DNA from: a candidate division WOR-3 bacterium | Lineage (GTDB): Bacteria > Hydrothermota > Hydrothermia > LBFQ01 > DSFT01 | Direction of reading: 5' to 3' | Assembly: GCA_039802865.1 (NCBI GenBank) | Contig: JBDRXL010000004.1 | Span: forward strand, 3,768-67,767 | DNA: 64,000 nucleotides | In this document: piece after piece, positions 10,791 through 21,464 of the stretch | Position numbering within the stretch: position 1 is the first letter of the stretch | Layout: every line of letters starts with the position of its first letter | Program-made: the position numbers and the translations under genes | The notes under the pieces: model-generated | Database searches by the model: none | What the model saw: only the letters and a program-made list of their open reading frames with translations | Told to the model about the DNA's origin: nothing

Positions 10791-10805
10791 GGCTTTAAAA
10801 TTTTT
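10791..10805 (+). promoter_or_regulatory. GGCTTTAAAATTTTT element 3 nt upstream of the valS ATG
   Basis: Same motif family as the other operon-initial genes. A second copy in reverse orientation (10746-10765) faces the tRNA-Phe 5' end. Confidence 0.45.
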
Positions 10806-10808
10806 GTT

Positions 10809-13364
10809 ATGCCAAAGATAAAAACTTATAACTATAGGGAAGTGGAAGATAGAATTTATAATTTTTGGCTTGAAAATGAATTATTTAAAGCAAATCCAAA
10901 GAATGTTTTAGAAAACAAAAAATTACCATTTTGTATAATGATGCCTCCTCCAAACATAACAGGAAGAATTCATATGGGACATTTATTAAATAATACTATT
11001 CAAGATATTTTAGCAAGATATTATAAAATGAAAGGATATGAAGTTCTTTGGCAACCAGGAACAGACCACGCAGGAATAGCTACTCAAAATGTTGTAGAAA
11101 GACAATTATTAAAAGAAGGGATAAGAAGACAGGATATTTCAAGAGAAGAATTTATAAAAAGAGTATGGGAATGGAAGGAAGAATATGGAAATATTATTAT
11201 AAATCAATTAAAAAGGCTTGGAATAAGTGCGGATTGGTCACGATTAAAATTTACAATGGATGAAGATTATTATAATGCGGTAATTTATGCATTTAAGGAA
11301 TTATATAAAGCAGGTTTAATATACAAGGGACTTTATATTATAAATTGGTGTCCAAGATGTTATACAACATTAGCAAATGAAGAAGTTGAAAGCAAAGAAG
11401 TAAATGGAAAATTATATTATTTAAGATATCCTCTTTTAAATTCAAATGAATATATTGTTGTAGCTACTACAAGACCAGAAACTTATTTGGGAGATGTTGC
11501 AGTTGCAGTAAATCCAAATGATGAAAGATATAAACATTTAATAGGAAAGAAAGTAAAATTACCACTTATTAATTGGAAAAGGAAAGATTATTATAATAAT
11601 GAAGTTTCAGAGGAAATTGAAATAATTTCAGATGAATTTGTAGATATAAATTTTGGAACAGGAGCGGTCAAAATTACCCCTGCTCATGATAAAGATGACT
11701 TTGAAGTTGGCAAAAAATACAATTTGCCAATGATTTTAATAATGGATTATAATGGGATATTAAATGAAAATGCAGGGATATTTAAAGGAATTGAAAGATT
11801 TAAAGCAAGAGAAGAAATTGTTCAAAAGTTAAGTGAAAATGGATATATTGAAAAAATTGAAAATTATAATTATTCAGTTGGAGTATGTTATAGATGTGGA
11901 ACCATAGTTGAGCCAATTATTTCAGAGCAATGGTTTTTAAAACTAACTTACTTTAAAGATATTGCTAAAAAAGTTGTAGAAGAAGGAAAAATTGAAATAA
12001 TACCTGAACATGGAAAGAAAATATATTTTAATTGGTGGGATAATGTAAGAGATTGGGCTATTTCAAGACAAATTTGGTGGGGGCATAAAATCCCTATTGA
12101 AAATGAAGAAGATGTTTTAGATACATGGTTTAGCTCTGCACTATGGCCATTTGCAACACTTGGCTGGCCCAAACAAACAGATGAATTAAAAGCATTCTTT
12201 CCAACAAATATACTAATAACTGGTTGGGATATATTATTCTTTTGGGTTGCAAGAATGATTATAATGAGTTTATTCTTTATGAAAGAAGTGCCATTTAGAA
12301 AAGTTTATTTACATGGGCTTATAAGGGATGAAAAAGGCAGAAAAATGTCAAAAAGTCTTGGAAATTCACCAGAACCCTTGGATTTATTTGAAAAATATTC
12401 AGTTGATGGAGTAAGAATGGGATTAATGCTAATAACACCAGAAGGACAAGATGTAAAATTTTCTGAAAAATATATGGAAGTTGGAAGAAATTATGCAAAT
12501 AAAATCTGGAATATAGGAAGATTTTTACATTTAAACATTACAAATGATTATAAACCACTTGAAAAATTAGAAATTGAAGATAAATGGATTTTATACCAAC
12601 TTGATGAGTTAATTTATAAGGTTAATAAAAGCATTGAAAATTGTGATTTTAATAATACTGCAAAAATTTTATATGATTTTACATGGCATAAATTTGCTGA
12701 TTGGTATATTGAAACAATAAAAACAAGAGAAGATAAAAACTACGCAATTTCAAATGCCTTATTTATATTTGAAAACTTGTTAAAATTACATCATCCATAT
12801 ATGCCATTTATCACAGAAGAATTATATCAAATTTTATTTAAAAAGAAAAAATCAATAATGCTTGAAGAATTTCCAAATACATATGGATTTAATTTTAGAG
12901 AAGATTTTCATAAATTTGAATTCATAAAGAACTTAATCGAAGAAATAAGAGAAATAAAAGGGATATTTAAAGCCCAAACAAAAAAGGATTTAAAACTGCT
13001 TATAAATACCCAAGAAACTAATAAAAATTTAATAGAGCTTATAAAGAATAATTTTAGAATTATTGGCTTTCTTGCTGGTATTGCAGAAATTGGAGAAACA
13101 AAAGAAAAAATTAAAAATAGTGGGGTTATTGCTTTAAATGAATTTCTTGGGTTTTTAATGTTAGAAAATATAAACATTGAAAATGAAAAAGAAAGATTAT
13201 ATCAAGAGCTTAAAGAACTTGAAAAATTATATAGCTCTATAAAACAAAGGCTTAATGATAATGAATTTTTAAATAAAGCTCCAAAAGAAGTAATTGAAAG
13301 TCAAAGAAATAAACTAATAGAGATTGAAGGAAAAATAAAAAGATTAAATAGGATTTTAGAATGA
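10809..13364 (+). CDS. valS: Valine--tRNA ligase
   Basis: HIGH-type motif PPPNITGRIHMGHLLN and KMSKS motif (GRKMSKSLGN). 851 aa with a C-terminal coiled coil. Confidence 0.95.
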   Translation: MPKIKTYNYREVEDRIYNFWLENELFKANPKNVLENKKLPFCIMMPPPNITGRIHMGHLLNNTIQDILARYYKMKGYEVLWQPGTDHAGIATQNVVERQLLKEGIRRQDISREEFIKRVWEWKEEYGNIIINQLKRLGISADWSRLKFTMDEDYYNAVIYAFKELYKAGLIYKGLYIINWCPRCYTTLANEEVESKEVNGKLYYLRYPLLNSNEYIVVATTRPETYLGDVAVAVNPNDERYKHLIGKKVKLPLINWKRKDYYNNEVSEEIEIISDEFVDINFGTGAVKITPAHDKDDFEVGKKYNLPMILIMDYNGILNENAGIFKGIERFKAREEIVQKLSENGYIEKIENYNYSVGVCYRCGTIVEPIISEQWFLKLTYFKDIAKKVVEEGKIEIIPEHGKKIYFNWWDNVRDWAISRQIWWGHKIPIENEEDVLDTWFSSALWPFATLGWPKQTDELKAFFPTNILITGWDILFFWVARMIIMSLFFMKEVPFRKVYLHGLIRDEKGRKMSKSLGNSPEPLDLFEKYSVDGVRMGLMLITPEGQDVKFSEKYMEVGRNYANKIWNIGRFLHLNITNDYKPLEKLEIEDKWILYQLDELIYKVNKSIENCDFNNTAKILYDFTWHKFADWYIETIKTREDKNYAISNALFIFENLLKLHHPYMPFITEELYQILFKKKKSIMLEEFPNTYGFNFREDFHKFEFIKNLIEEIREIKGIFKAQTKKDLKLLINTQETNKNLIELIKNNFRIIGFLAGIAEIGETKEKIKNSGVIALNEFLGFLMLENINIENEKERLYQELKELEKLYSSIKQRLNDNEFLNKAPKEVIESQRNKLIEIEGKIKRLNRILE

Positions 13365-14350
13365 ACGTTATAAAACCTTTAATTTTTGAAAATGATAAAC
13401 TATTAATTTTAGACCAAAGGAAATTGCCATTTGAAGAAGTTTATATAGAAGTTAAAAGTAGTGAGCATATGGCAAAACTAATAAAAGATATGGCTTTAAG
13501 AGGAGCTCCCTTAATAGCAATATCTGCTTGTTATTCAATTTTAATAGATGTGTTAAATAATAAAGAAAGGGAAGAATTATTAAAATCTATTGAAATTTTA
13601 AAGCATTCAAGACCTACCGCTATAAATTTATTTAATGCTTTAAGCGAAGTAGAAAAAATAATTTTAAATAGTAAAAATTTAAAGGAAGAATTGTATAATT
13701 TTGTAATAAAATTAGACCAGGAAGAAAAAGAAAGATGTTTAAGAATCTCAGAAAATGGCTTAAAGATATTTAAAAAGGAAAGTGTTGTTTTAACTTATTG
13801 TAATACGGGATTTTTAGCAACAACAGGAATAGGAACAGCCCTTGGAGTTATATATAAAGCATTTGAAAAGGGATTAATAAAAGAAGTTATTATTCCAGAA
13901 ACAAGACCATATTTACAAGGCTCACGCTTAACTCTTTATGAGCTTGAAAAGTTAAAAATTCCATATAAATTAATAACAGATAATTCAATAGCTTTTTTAA
14001 TGTCAAAAGGTTATATCGATTTGGTAATTGTAGGGGCAGATAGAGTTTTAAGTGATGGCACATTAATAAATAAAATTGGAACATTAAACATAGCCATATT
14101 ATCAAAATACTTTAACATTCCATTTTATACTGCATTTCCTATTTCAACTTATGATAACAATTCAAAAATAGAAGATGTTATAATAGAAGAAAGAGGTAAG
14201 GAAGAAGTTATAAAAATTAATAATAATTTAATAACTCTTGAAAATGCAAAAGTATTAAATTATGCTTTTGATATAACCCCAGCAAATTTAATAACAGGAT
14301 ATATAACAGATGAGGGAGTAAATTATGGAGGGCGTAAAGAAGTTATTTGA
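13361..14350 (+). CDS. mtnA: eIF-2B alpha/beta/delta family isomerase (S-methyl-5-thioribose-1-phosphate isomerase MtnA-like)
   Basis: N-terminus LILDQRKLPFEEVYIEVKSSEHMAKLIKDMALRGAPLIAISA is typical of MtnA/e2b2. Overlaps valS by ATGA. Confidence 0.75.
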   Translation: MNVIKPLIFENDKLLILDQRKLPFEEVYIEVKSSEHMAKLIKDMALRGAPLIAISACYSILIDVLNNKEREELLKSIEILKHSRPTAINLFNALSEVEKIILNSKNLKEELYNFVIKLDQEEKERCLRISENGLKIFKKESVVLTYCNTGFLATTGIGTALGVIYKAFEKGLIKEVIIPETRPYLQGSRLTLYELEKLKIPYKLITDNSIAFLMSKGYIDLVIVGADRVLSDGTLINKIGTLNIAILSKYFNIPFYTAFPISTYDNNSKIEDVIIEERGKEEVIKINNNLITLENAKVLNYAFDITPANLITGYITDEGVNYGGRKEVI

Positions 14351-15014
14351 TGAAATTTTTGGAACAAGAGGTAAGAATCTTCCACAAATATGGCATTGGT
14401 CTAATGAGGTTGAAAGCTATTATTTAATAAAAATTTTAAAGAAAATAAAGCCAAAATTTATACTTGATGCAGGATGTGGTGTAGGATTAAAGTTAGAAAG
14501 AATTAGAAATTATAATGTAATTGGCTTTGATTATTCATTTAATGCTTGTAAAATTTGTAAAAATGATGGATTTAAGGTTATTCAAGCATCAATTCATCAA
14601 ATTCCATTTAAAGATAACACATTTGATTTTATTTATGCATTTCAAGTAATACAACATTTACCAAATTGGGATTACATTAAAATGTCATTTAAGGAAATTT
14701 CAAGAATTCTTAAAGAAAATGGATATTTTTTTACAATTAATTATAGGCTTGGAGGAAGGCTAAAAGAACGATATATGCCAATTAATGAAAATAACAATAT
14801 ATTACATAGATGGGCATTTGATGTAAATGATTATATCAATTTAGCAAAAGAAAATAATTTGAAATTAGTGCGCTTTGGAACAATTTTAAATATAAAACCA
14901 AAAGGAATTGGAAGATTGCCAATTTTAAAAAATTTCTATAAATTTATTGATTATCAAATTTTTAACTTAAATTACCAAAAAGGACTATATCTTATAGGTT
15001 TGTTTAAAAAATGA
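14325..15014 (+). CDS. Class I SAM-dependent methyltransferase
   Basis: Motif I ILDAGCGVGLKLE and the Methyltransf_11-like spacing of post-I/II motifs. Confidence 0.7.
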   Translation: MEGVKKLFDEIFGTRGKNLPQIWHWSNEVESYYLIKILKKIKPKFILDAGCGVGLKLERIRNYNVIGFDYSFNACKICKNDGFKVIQASIHQIPFKDNTFDFIYAFQVIQHLPNWDYIKMSFKEISRILKENGYFFTINYRLGGRLKERYMPINENNNILHRWAFDVNDYINLAKENNLKLVRFGTILNIKPKGIGRLPILKNFYKFIDYQIFNLNYQKGLYLIGLFKK

Positions 15015-15886
15015 GTCTTTCAATTTTTCAAGATAAAGAAATTTTTGAAATTTATTTTAACTATGTTAAAAAGAGATATAAATTTAAGGATTTGGGAAAT
15101 GGTTTTATTATAAGAAAAGTTGGAAAAGTAAAAAGATTACATTATGCAATTGATGATTTAATAGATTGGTGGGATTTGAATATAAGTAAAGATGAAGTTG
15201 AAAGAATTTTAAAAAGTGAAATTTATTATAAAGCAGTTTTTAAAAATATCCTTGAAAACTCAAAAATTAAGAGTGTATTAGATAGCTTAACGATAAGACC
15301 AATTAATATATCATTTTCAAAAGTTTATTATATAGACCTTAAAGAGCTAAACAGTGAGGAGAAAATTTTAAAAAGTTTATCTTATAATCAAAGAAGAAAT
15401 TTAAAAAAATATGGAAATAGATTAAATAGAGTAGGTTATGAGTTTTTTAGAGCGGAAAGTTATAAGCCTTACAAGGAGAAAATGTTAGAATTTATTTTAA
15501 AAAGGCACGAAAATACGATATTTTCAGATTTTGAATTCCAGAACTTAAAATTCAAAGTTTTGGATATCTTGGAAGAAAAAAGGATGGTTTATACCTATGT
15601 AATGAAAATTAAAAATGAAATAGCTTCTATAAATATTGTTTTAGTATCAAATAAAATAGCTTATTGGTGGATAACAGCAATTAACGAGAAATTTTATGAA
15701 TTTTCACCAGGAAGGATGAGTGTATGGAATATATTAAAAGATTTATTAAAAGAAAAATTTTTAGAATTTAATTGTATGAAGGGTGAATCAGAATATAAAA
15801 CACTTTGGACAGATAAATTTTATAAGCTTTATAGATATGAATTTGAGCCAAGTATACTTAAAAAATTTTTTTCTTTTATGTTTTAA
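15011..15886 (+). CDS. GNAT-fold acyltransferase, FemAB/BioF2-like (Acetyltransf_6-like)
   Basis: C-terminal half resembles FemX/CelD-like GNAT domains. Weak assignment from pattern only. Confidence 0.35.
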   Translation: MSLSIFQDKEIFEIYFNYVKKRYKFKDLGNGFIIRKVGKVKRLHYAIDDLIDWWDLNISKDEVERILKSEIYYKAVFKNILENSKIKSVLDSLTIRPINISFSKVYYIDLKELNSEEKILKSLSYNQRRNLKKYGNRLNRVGYEFFRAESYKPYKEKMLEFILKRHENTIFSDFEFQNLKFKVLDILEEKRMVYTYVMKIKNEIASINIVLVSNKIAYWWITAINEKFYEFSPGRMSVWNILKDLLKEKFLEFNCMKGESEYKTLWTDKFYKLYRYEFEPSILKKFFSFMF

Positions 15887-15927
15887 CTCTATGCTTTAAA
15901 ATTTTAAGTAGTTAGTAGTATCATTGT

Positions 15928-18900
15928 TTGATTTGGATATTAGTTAGTTGGAATGTTGAAGGAATAAAAGATTCTATTTATTTTAGTTATTCGGAGAAAA
16001 AAGTTTATATATTTAAAACATATAGAAACGCTATAATAGATACATCAAAAGTTTTAACATTTGAGGAATACTTTAATACTATTGCTGATAGCTTATTTTA
16101 TACAAATTATAAAAATTCTATAAAAACTCAATCAAGTGAGCAATCTGGTTTAATATCTACAATTAAAGCACCTATTGAACTTCCAAGAGCTCTTGGATTT
16201 CTTGGAGGAAATGAAGCCAAGATAGATATTTCAGGTAATCAATCTATGGAATTTGGAGGTTCAACAAATACAATAATTTCACCTGTTAATTATGGTTCTA
16301 ATACTTTACCACAACTTCAAATGAAGCAAACAATAAATGTAAATTTAAAAGGAACTATTGGGAAAAAACTTAATGTGAATATAACCCATAATTCTGAAGA
16401 ATTAGACCAAACAAAAAATAAAGTAAGATTATCATATAATGGTGAAGAAGATGAGGTATTTCAATTAATAGAATTGGGAGATGCTAGTAGCTTACAATTT
16501 CCATCCACAAAATTTTCAAGTCTTCCTTTAACTTCTGAAAATTCCTTATTTGGTATAAGAGCAAATACCCAATTAGGCCCAATTAAAAGCACAATAGTAA
16601 TAGCAAGAGAAAAAGGTCAAGTTAGCTCTAAATCTACAAAAGCAAACTTCCAACAAACAACAGATACAATATATTCAAGAGATTATGAAAAACTAAAATT
16701 CTTTTATTTAGATGAACCTGATTCTATAATTGAGCTTAAAGTTTTTATAGATGATAGAAATAATACAAATAATAGTTTATCGATTTATGGAAAGGCTTGT
16801 TTTAATGCAGATATAAATACTTATTGTGAAGATGGATATTTTGATTTAGATACAAGTTATATTAAATGGGGCGGAAATGTAATTGAATTTACAAGAACAA
16901 TAAATGAAAATTATGTAATTGGTGTTTATTATAAAACCGCAACAAACAAAACAGTAGGCTCATTAAATCCATTAGTATTAAAATTAATAAAACCAGAGAA
17001 TTTATCATCAATAATAGGTGAAAATAACCCTATAAAACTATACTTATGGAAATTACAACTTAAAAATGTCTATTATATAGGTTTTGATAGCACTACTACA
17101 AGCTTAAACCTTACAATTTATAAAGATACTGTTCCAAATCCCATTGATGGTGAAAATGGTAAAAAATATATTCAAATTTTTAAACTTGATAATAATAATG
17201 ATGGTCAAGTAGATTTAAGTTATACAGGTCCAGATGGAAAAATTTATTCAATTTTAGCAAGGGGGTATTTGATATTTCCTGATTTAGAACCATTTCCAGA
17301 TTCAATTATTTATAAAAAATATAATTTCATTGGTTCAGAAGGAACGAAGTTCTTTATGATAGTCCAAAACGTAAGAAGAAGTCAAAGCATTGAAATTCCA
17401 CCAGATGCTATACCAAGTAGTATAAAAGTATATGTAAATGGAGTAGAACTTCCACAAAGTGATTATATAATATCAGGAAATAGAATTATTTTTAATAAGT
17501 ATATAGACCCTAATGCAGATATTGAAATTAGATATGAAACAGGAAGTATATTTCAATTTGGAAGTAAGTCAATTATAGGAATAAGAAATGATTACTATTT
17601 TAATGAGAATTTTAGAATTGGTTCTTCATATCTTTTTAGAAGTGTAAGTGCAGGATTTGTAAGACCAGAAGTAAATAATGAATCAAAAAGAACACAAATT
17701 CTTGAATTTGATTTTGATGGAAAGTGGAATTTAGATTTATTAAATAAACTATTCTTAAAACTACCAAATTATTCTGGGAATTCAACAATAAATTTAAAAG
17801 GAGAAATTGCTCAAAGCATTCCACAAATATCAACAACTAATGAAGCTTATATTGATGATATGGAAAATGTAAATGAAAGTAATAGTATAAGTCTTGGAGG
17901 ATTTGATTGGCATTATGGCTCATTACCACCAAGTTATAATCCTAATAATTATGTAAAATTTTTAAAGTGGAGACCATTTGGAGTTCCAAAAGGCCAAATA
18001 TATCCAAATTTAACTGATGATAGAGAAAAGAACTCTATTGAAAATACAATTGGATTTTATTTTGAACCTATGAATTTAAATCAAACAAATAATTGGTTTA
18101 GTGTTTTAAGTTTAATTGACAAAACGGGATATGACTTTTCAAGGGTTAGCACAATTGAAATTATTTTAAGAAGTAAAGAAAATCTAATAGTTAGAATAGA
18201 TGTTGGTTATGATATTCCAGAAGACCAAATAAGAAGAGATATAAATGGAAATTTAAAAGGACCTAATGGAACACTTGATAGTGAAGATAAAAATAATAAT
18301 TGTTTATTAGATGTTGGAGAAGATGTAGGATTTGATGGAGATTATGATTTTGATGTTAATAATAATTTTGCAGGAACGAAAAATAATGGAAGGCTTGATA
18401 GTGAAGGACTTGTAGATTGTTGGAGATTAAATCAAAATTCTAATTATTGGACATTTATATTAGATATGAATCAAGTGCAACCTGTTAGTGATGTAAATGG
18501 ATGGAAATTTTATAGATTATCATTTTTAGATCCAGATTCAACTTATGGAAAACCTGATATTTATAGAGTTAGATATGTTAGATTGACATTCTTAGGATTT
18601 ACAAAATCTGATACGATATTTTTAGCAAAATTAAACTTTAAAGGGAATAAATGGTTAGTTGGAACAACATTAAATCCCCCAGAAAAATTCTCAATATCTC
18701 AAATAAATACAAAGGAAAATCCAGAATATATTAAACCCCCTTGGGTCAAACAATATATAAATCCTGATGGAACAATTGAAAGTGAAGGCTCACTATTATT
18801 AAGCTATGAAAATATCCCACAAAATAAAGAATTTTTAGCATATAGAACAAGCTCACGAGGAAATAATTTGATATTTTATAATAAAATTTCATTTTATATT

Positions 18901-21006
18901 AGACCTTCACAAAAAACAATTCCCCCTTATCCAAAAGTTATATTTAAATATGGAAAAGATACATTAAACTATTATTTTTATGAATATCAAATATCTTCAA
19001 GTGATTGGCAGATTGTAGATATAGACTTAAAGAAAATTGTTGAATTTAAAAAAGAAATTTTAAATAGTGGCAATTTTGATCCTTCACAAGTTTATAAAGG
19101 AGAAAACTATGGATTTAAAGGTAATCCAAATTTATTAGATATAAGATTTTATGGAATTTCAATAATTAATGAAAGCTCAATTCCTATCTCTGGTGATATA
19201 TGGATAGATGAAATAAGAACTACTGAACCAGATAATATAAGAGGATTAGCTATGGAACTAAGTGGAAATATAAGTTTTGGAAACCTTATGAGTTTAAATT
19301 TATCTTATACAAATAGAAAGGCAGGTTTTAGAGGTTTATTAGATGAATATCCTTATAATGATAACTTACAAAACATAGGCTTAAGCTACTCTATAAGCTT
19401 AGATAGATTAATGAATAAAAACTGGGGCATAAATTTGCCTATCACATTAAGTTATAATTCGCAAGAAGTATATCCAAAATATCAAACTGGAACAGACCTT
19501 ATAATTCAAGAAAATAAAGAAAAATATGGAACATTTAATAATAAATATTCAATTTCTACAAATTATAAAAAATCTCCTTCAAACAATAAAATTTTAAGAT
19601 ACTTATTAGATCCATTTAGCTTTCAATATAATTATAGTGCTAATTATTCAAAAAGTTATACATCCGCAGATAGTTCCAACTCATTTAATATAAGTGGAAA
19701 TTATAATTTAATACCTACCATTTTAAAACCACCTAAAATTCTAAATAAAGAAATATATTACTTACCAAAAAGCGTAGGACTTTCACTAAATTATTTAGAA
19801 GATTATAAAAAGAACATAAACTTTATATCCAATACATCCCAATTTACACCAAATAGACAAATAGGCGGAGGTTTTAACATCAATTATTCTATAATAAATA
19901 ACTTAACGAACTCCTACAATCAAAATAGAAACTTTGATAGAATTAAGAATAAATTAACTTCTTTCTCTGAAAACTTTATTAATTCACTTAACTTTTCATT
20001 ACCATTTACAACTCACAACCTAACTTACAGTGCTAATTATCAAGAATCACAAGTATCAAATGATACTTCAAAAATTTATAATATAAATCAAGGTTCAAGT
20101 ATAGGTTATAGTTTTTCAACAAGAAATATATTTACAAAAATTAAATTAAATGAGCCAAGTGTAAATTTATCATATGGAAAGAATTATAATATACCAAATC
20201 AAAGAAAATCACAAAATTATAAATTTAGATTAGGATTTTCTTCACCTATAATAGATAGCCAATTCACATGGTCTGAAAATTATAGCATAAAATATAGTCA
20301 ATCTGCAGATTTTGGAAATTTTAGAATTTCTACAGAGCCTAATTATACTTTAAATAGAAGCTATTCAACAATCATTTCCACAAAAGAAGATAAAGTTTAT
20401 CCAACAATTTCCATAGATATATCTTCTATTCCATTACCTGATTTTATAAAACAATTCATTCCTTCCTCACCAACTATAACCTCAAATCTAAAAATTACAA
20501 ATTCAAAAACTATAAATTTAAAACCTGACAAATCTATTGAATTAGTTAATAGCTATAGTAGAGATTTTTCACCTCTATTTCAAACTTCATTTTCTTTAAA
20601 AGACGGAACAAGTATTTCTATTGTATATAATAATAATATGCAAATCTCAACATTTAAAGATTATAGGAATGCCAAAAGCATTTATACAAAGAATGATATT
20701 ACAATTAGTTTATCAAGAACAATTACACCCCTTGATAACTTTCCTCTTGTAAGCAATTTAAAAAGTAACTTAAATATAACTTTTAGCTATAATTTAAACA
20801 CTTCAAAACAAATTAGTATTAATGATAATAGGGAAAATATAGATTTTGATAATTATAGTAGGAATATAAGCTTTCAGGCAAGTTATATATTTAGCAGTAG
20901 TATTGATGCCAATTTAAACATAAATCATACAAGAAGTTTAAATAGAATTACCTTCATAGGAAATCAAAACTTTACAATATTACTTAACATAGATATTAAA
21001 TTCTAA
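15928..21006 (+). CDS. Giant (1692 aa) putative outer-membrane protein; SprA-like T9SS translocon candidate. TTG start, no canonical signal peptide
   Basis: The first about 1000 residues are mixed beta domains. The last about 700 residues are N/S/Y-rich with alternating amphipathic strands and end ...NFTILLNIDIKF (aromatic C-terminal residue typical of OM beta-barrels). An in-frame TAG lies 4 codons upstream of the TTG. Confidence 0.4.
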   Translation: MIWILVSWNVEGIKDSIYFSYSEKKVYIFKTYRNAIIDTSKVLTFEEYFNTIADSLFYTNYKNSIKTQSSEQSGLISTIKAPIELPRALGFLGGNEAKIDISGNQSMEFGGSTNTIISPVNYGSNTLPQLQMKQTINVNLKGTIGKKLNVNITHNSEELDQTKNKVRLSYNGEEDEVFQLIELGDASSLQFPSTKFSSLPLTSENSLFGIRANTQLGPIKSTIVIAREKGQVSSKSTKANFQQTTDTIYSRDYEKLKFFYLDEPDSIIELKVFIDDRNNTNNSLSIYGKACFNADINTYCEDGYFDLDTSYIKWGGNVIEFTRTINENYVIGVYYKTATNKTVGSLNPLVLKLIKPENLSSIIGENNPIKLYLWKLQLKNVYYIGFDSTTTSLNLTIYKDTVPNPIDGENGKKYIQIFKLDNNNDGQVDLSYTGPDGKIYSILARGYLIFPDLEPFPDSIIYKKYNFIGSEGTKFFMIVQNVRRSQSIEIPPDAIPSSIKVYVNGVELPQSDYIISGNRIIFNKYIDPNADIEIRYETGSIFQFGSKSIIGIRNDYYFNENFRIGSSYLFRSVSAGFVRPEVNNESKRTQILEFDFDGKWNLDLLNKLFLKLPNYSGNSTINLKGEIAQSIPQISTTNEAYIDDMENVNESNSISLGGFDWHYGSLPPSYNPNNYVKFLKWRPFGVPKGQIYPNLTDDREKNSIENTIGFYFEPMNLNQTNNWFSVLSLIDKTGYDFSRVSTIEIILRSKENLIVRIDVGYDIPEDQIRRDINGNLKGPNGTLDSEDKNNNCLLDVGEDVGFDGDYDFDVNNNFAGTKNNGRLDSEGLVDCWRLNQNSNYWTFILDMNQVQPVSDVNGWKFYRLSFLDPDSTYGKPDIYRVRYVRLTFLGFTKSDTIFLAKLNFKGNKWLVGTTLNPPEKFSISQINTKENPEYIKPPWVKQYINPDGTIESEGSLLLSYENIPQNKEFLAYRTSSRGNNLIFYNKISFYIRPSQKTIPPYPKVIFKYGKDTLNYYFYEYQISSSDWQIVDIDLKKIVEFKKEILNSGNFDPSQVYKGENYGFKGNPNLLDIRFYGISIINESSIPISGDIWIDEIRTTEPDNIRGLAMELSGNISFGNLMSLNLSYTNRKAGFRGLLDEYPYNDNLQNIGLSYSISLDRLMNKNWGINLPITLSYNSQEVYPKYQTGTDLIIQENKEKYGTFNNKYSISTNYKKSPSNNKILRYLLDPFSFQYNYSANYSKSYTSADSSNSFNISGNYNLIPTILKPPKILNKEIYYLPKSVGLSLNYLEDYKKNINFISNTSQFTPNRQIGGGFNINYSIINNLTNSYNQNRNFDRIKNKLTSFSENFINSLNFSLPFTTHNLTYSANYQESQVSNDTSKIYNINQGSSIGYSFSTRNIFTKIKLNEPSVNLSYGKNYNIPNQRKSQNYKFRLGFSSPIIDSQFTWSENYSIKYSQSADFGNFRISTEPNYTLNRSYSTIISTKEDKVYPTISIDISSIPLPDFIKQFIPSSPTITSNLKITNSKTINLKPDKSIELVNSYSRDFSPLFQTSFSLKDGTSISIVYNNNMQISTFKDYRNAKSIYTKNDITISLSRTITPLDNFPLVSNLKSNLNITFSYNLNTSKQISINDNRENIDFDNYSRNISFQASYIFSSSIDANLNINHTRSLNRITFIGNQNFTILLNIDIKF

Positions 21007-21464
21007 AGGGATTTTTTAATTCTTTCTATAATTTTTGTAGTGGAAAAACCTTCAATATAAGGGACAATTTTAACCTCTTTTACAAACTCTCTTCCAATTA
21101 CATCTTCTTCTTTATAATCTCCACCTTTTACAAGAATATCAGGTTTTAAAAATTTTATCAAATTATAAGGTGTTTCCTCATCAAAACTTAAAATTATATC
21201 CACATATGAAATTGCAGATAATATCTCTATTCTCTCATTTAATGAAAAAATTGGTCTTTTTTCACCTTTTATTTTTTTAACAGAACTATCTGAATTTATT
21301 GCCAAAATTAAGAAATCTCCAAAACTTTTAGCAGTTTTTAAAAGTCTAATATGTCCAATATGTAATATATCAAAAACCCCATTTGTAAAAACAATAATTT
21401 TCCCCTCTTTTTTTAAATTTTCTACAATTTCCTTTGCTTCTTGCCAACTTTTATATTTTTCCAT
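21003..21464 (-). CDS. D-glycero-beta-D-manno-heptose 1-phosphate adenylyltransferase (RfaE domain II / cytidylyltransferase-like)
   Basis: KIIVFTNGVFDILHIGHIRLLKTAK carries the HxGH nucleotidyltransferase motif. 153 aa. Confidence 0.8.
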   Translation of the reverse strand: MEKYKSWQEAKEIVENLKKEGKIIVFTNGVFDILHIGHIRLLKTAKSFGDFLILAINSDSSVKKIKGEKRPIFSLNERIEILSAISYVDIILSFDEETPYNLIKFLKPDILVKGGDYKEEDVIGREFVKEVKIVPYIEGFSTTKIIERIKKSL

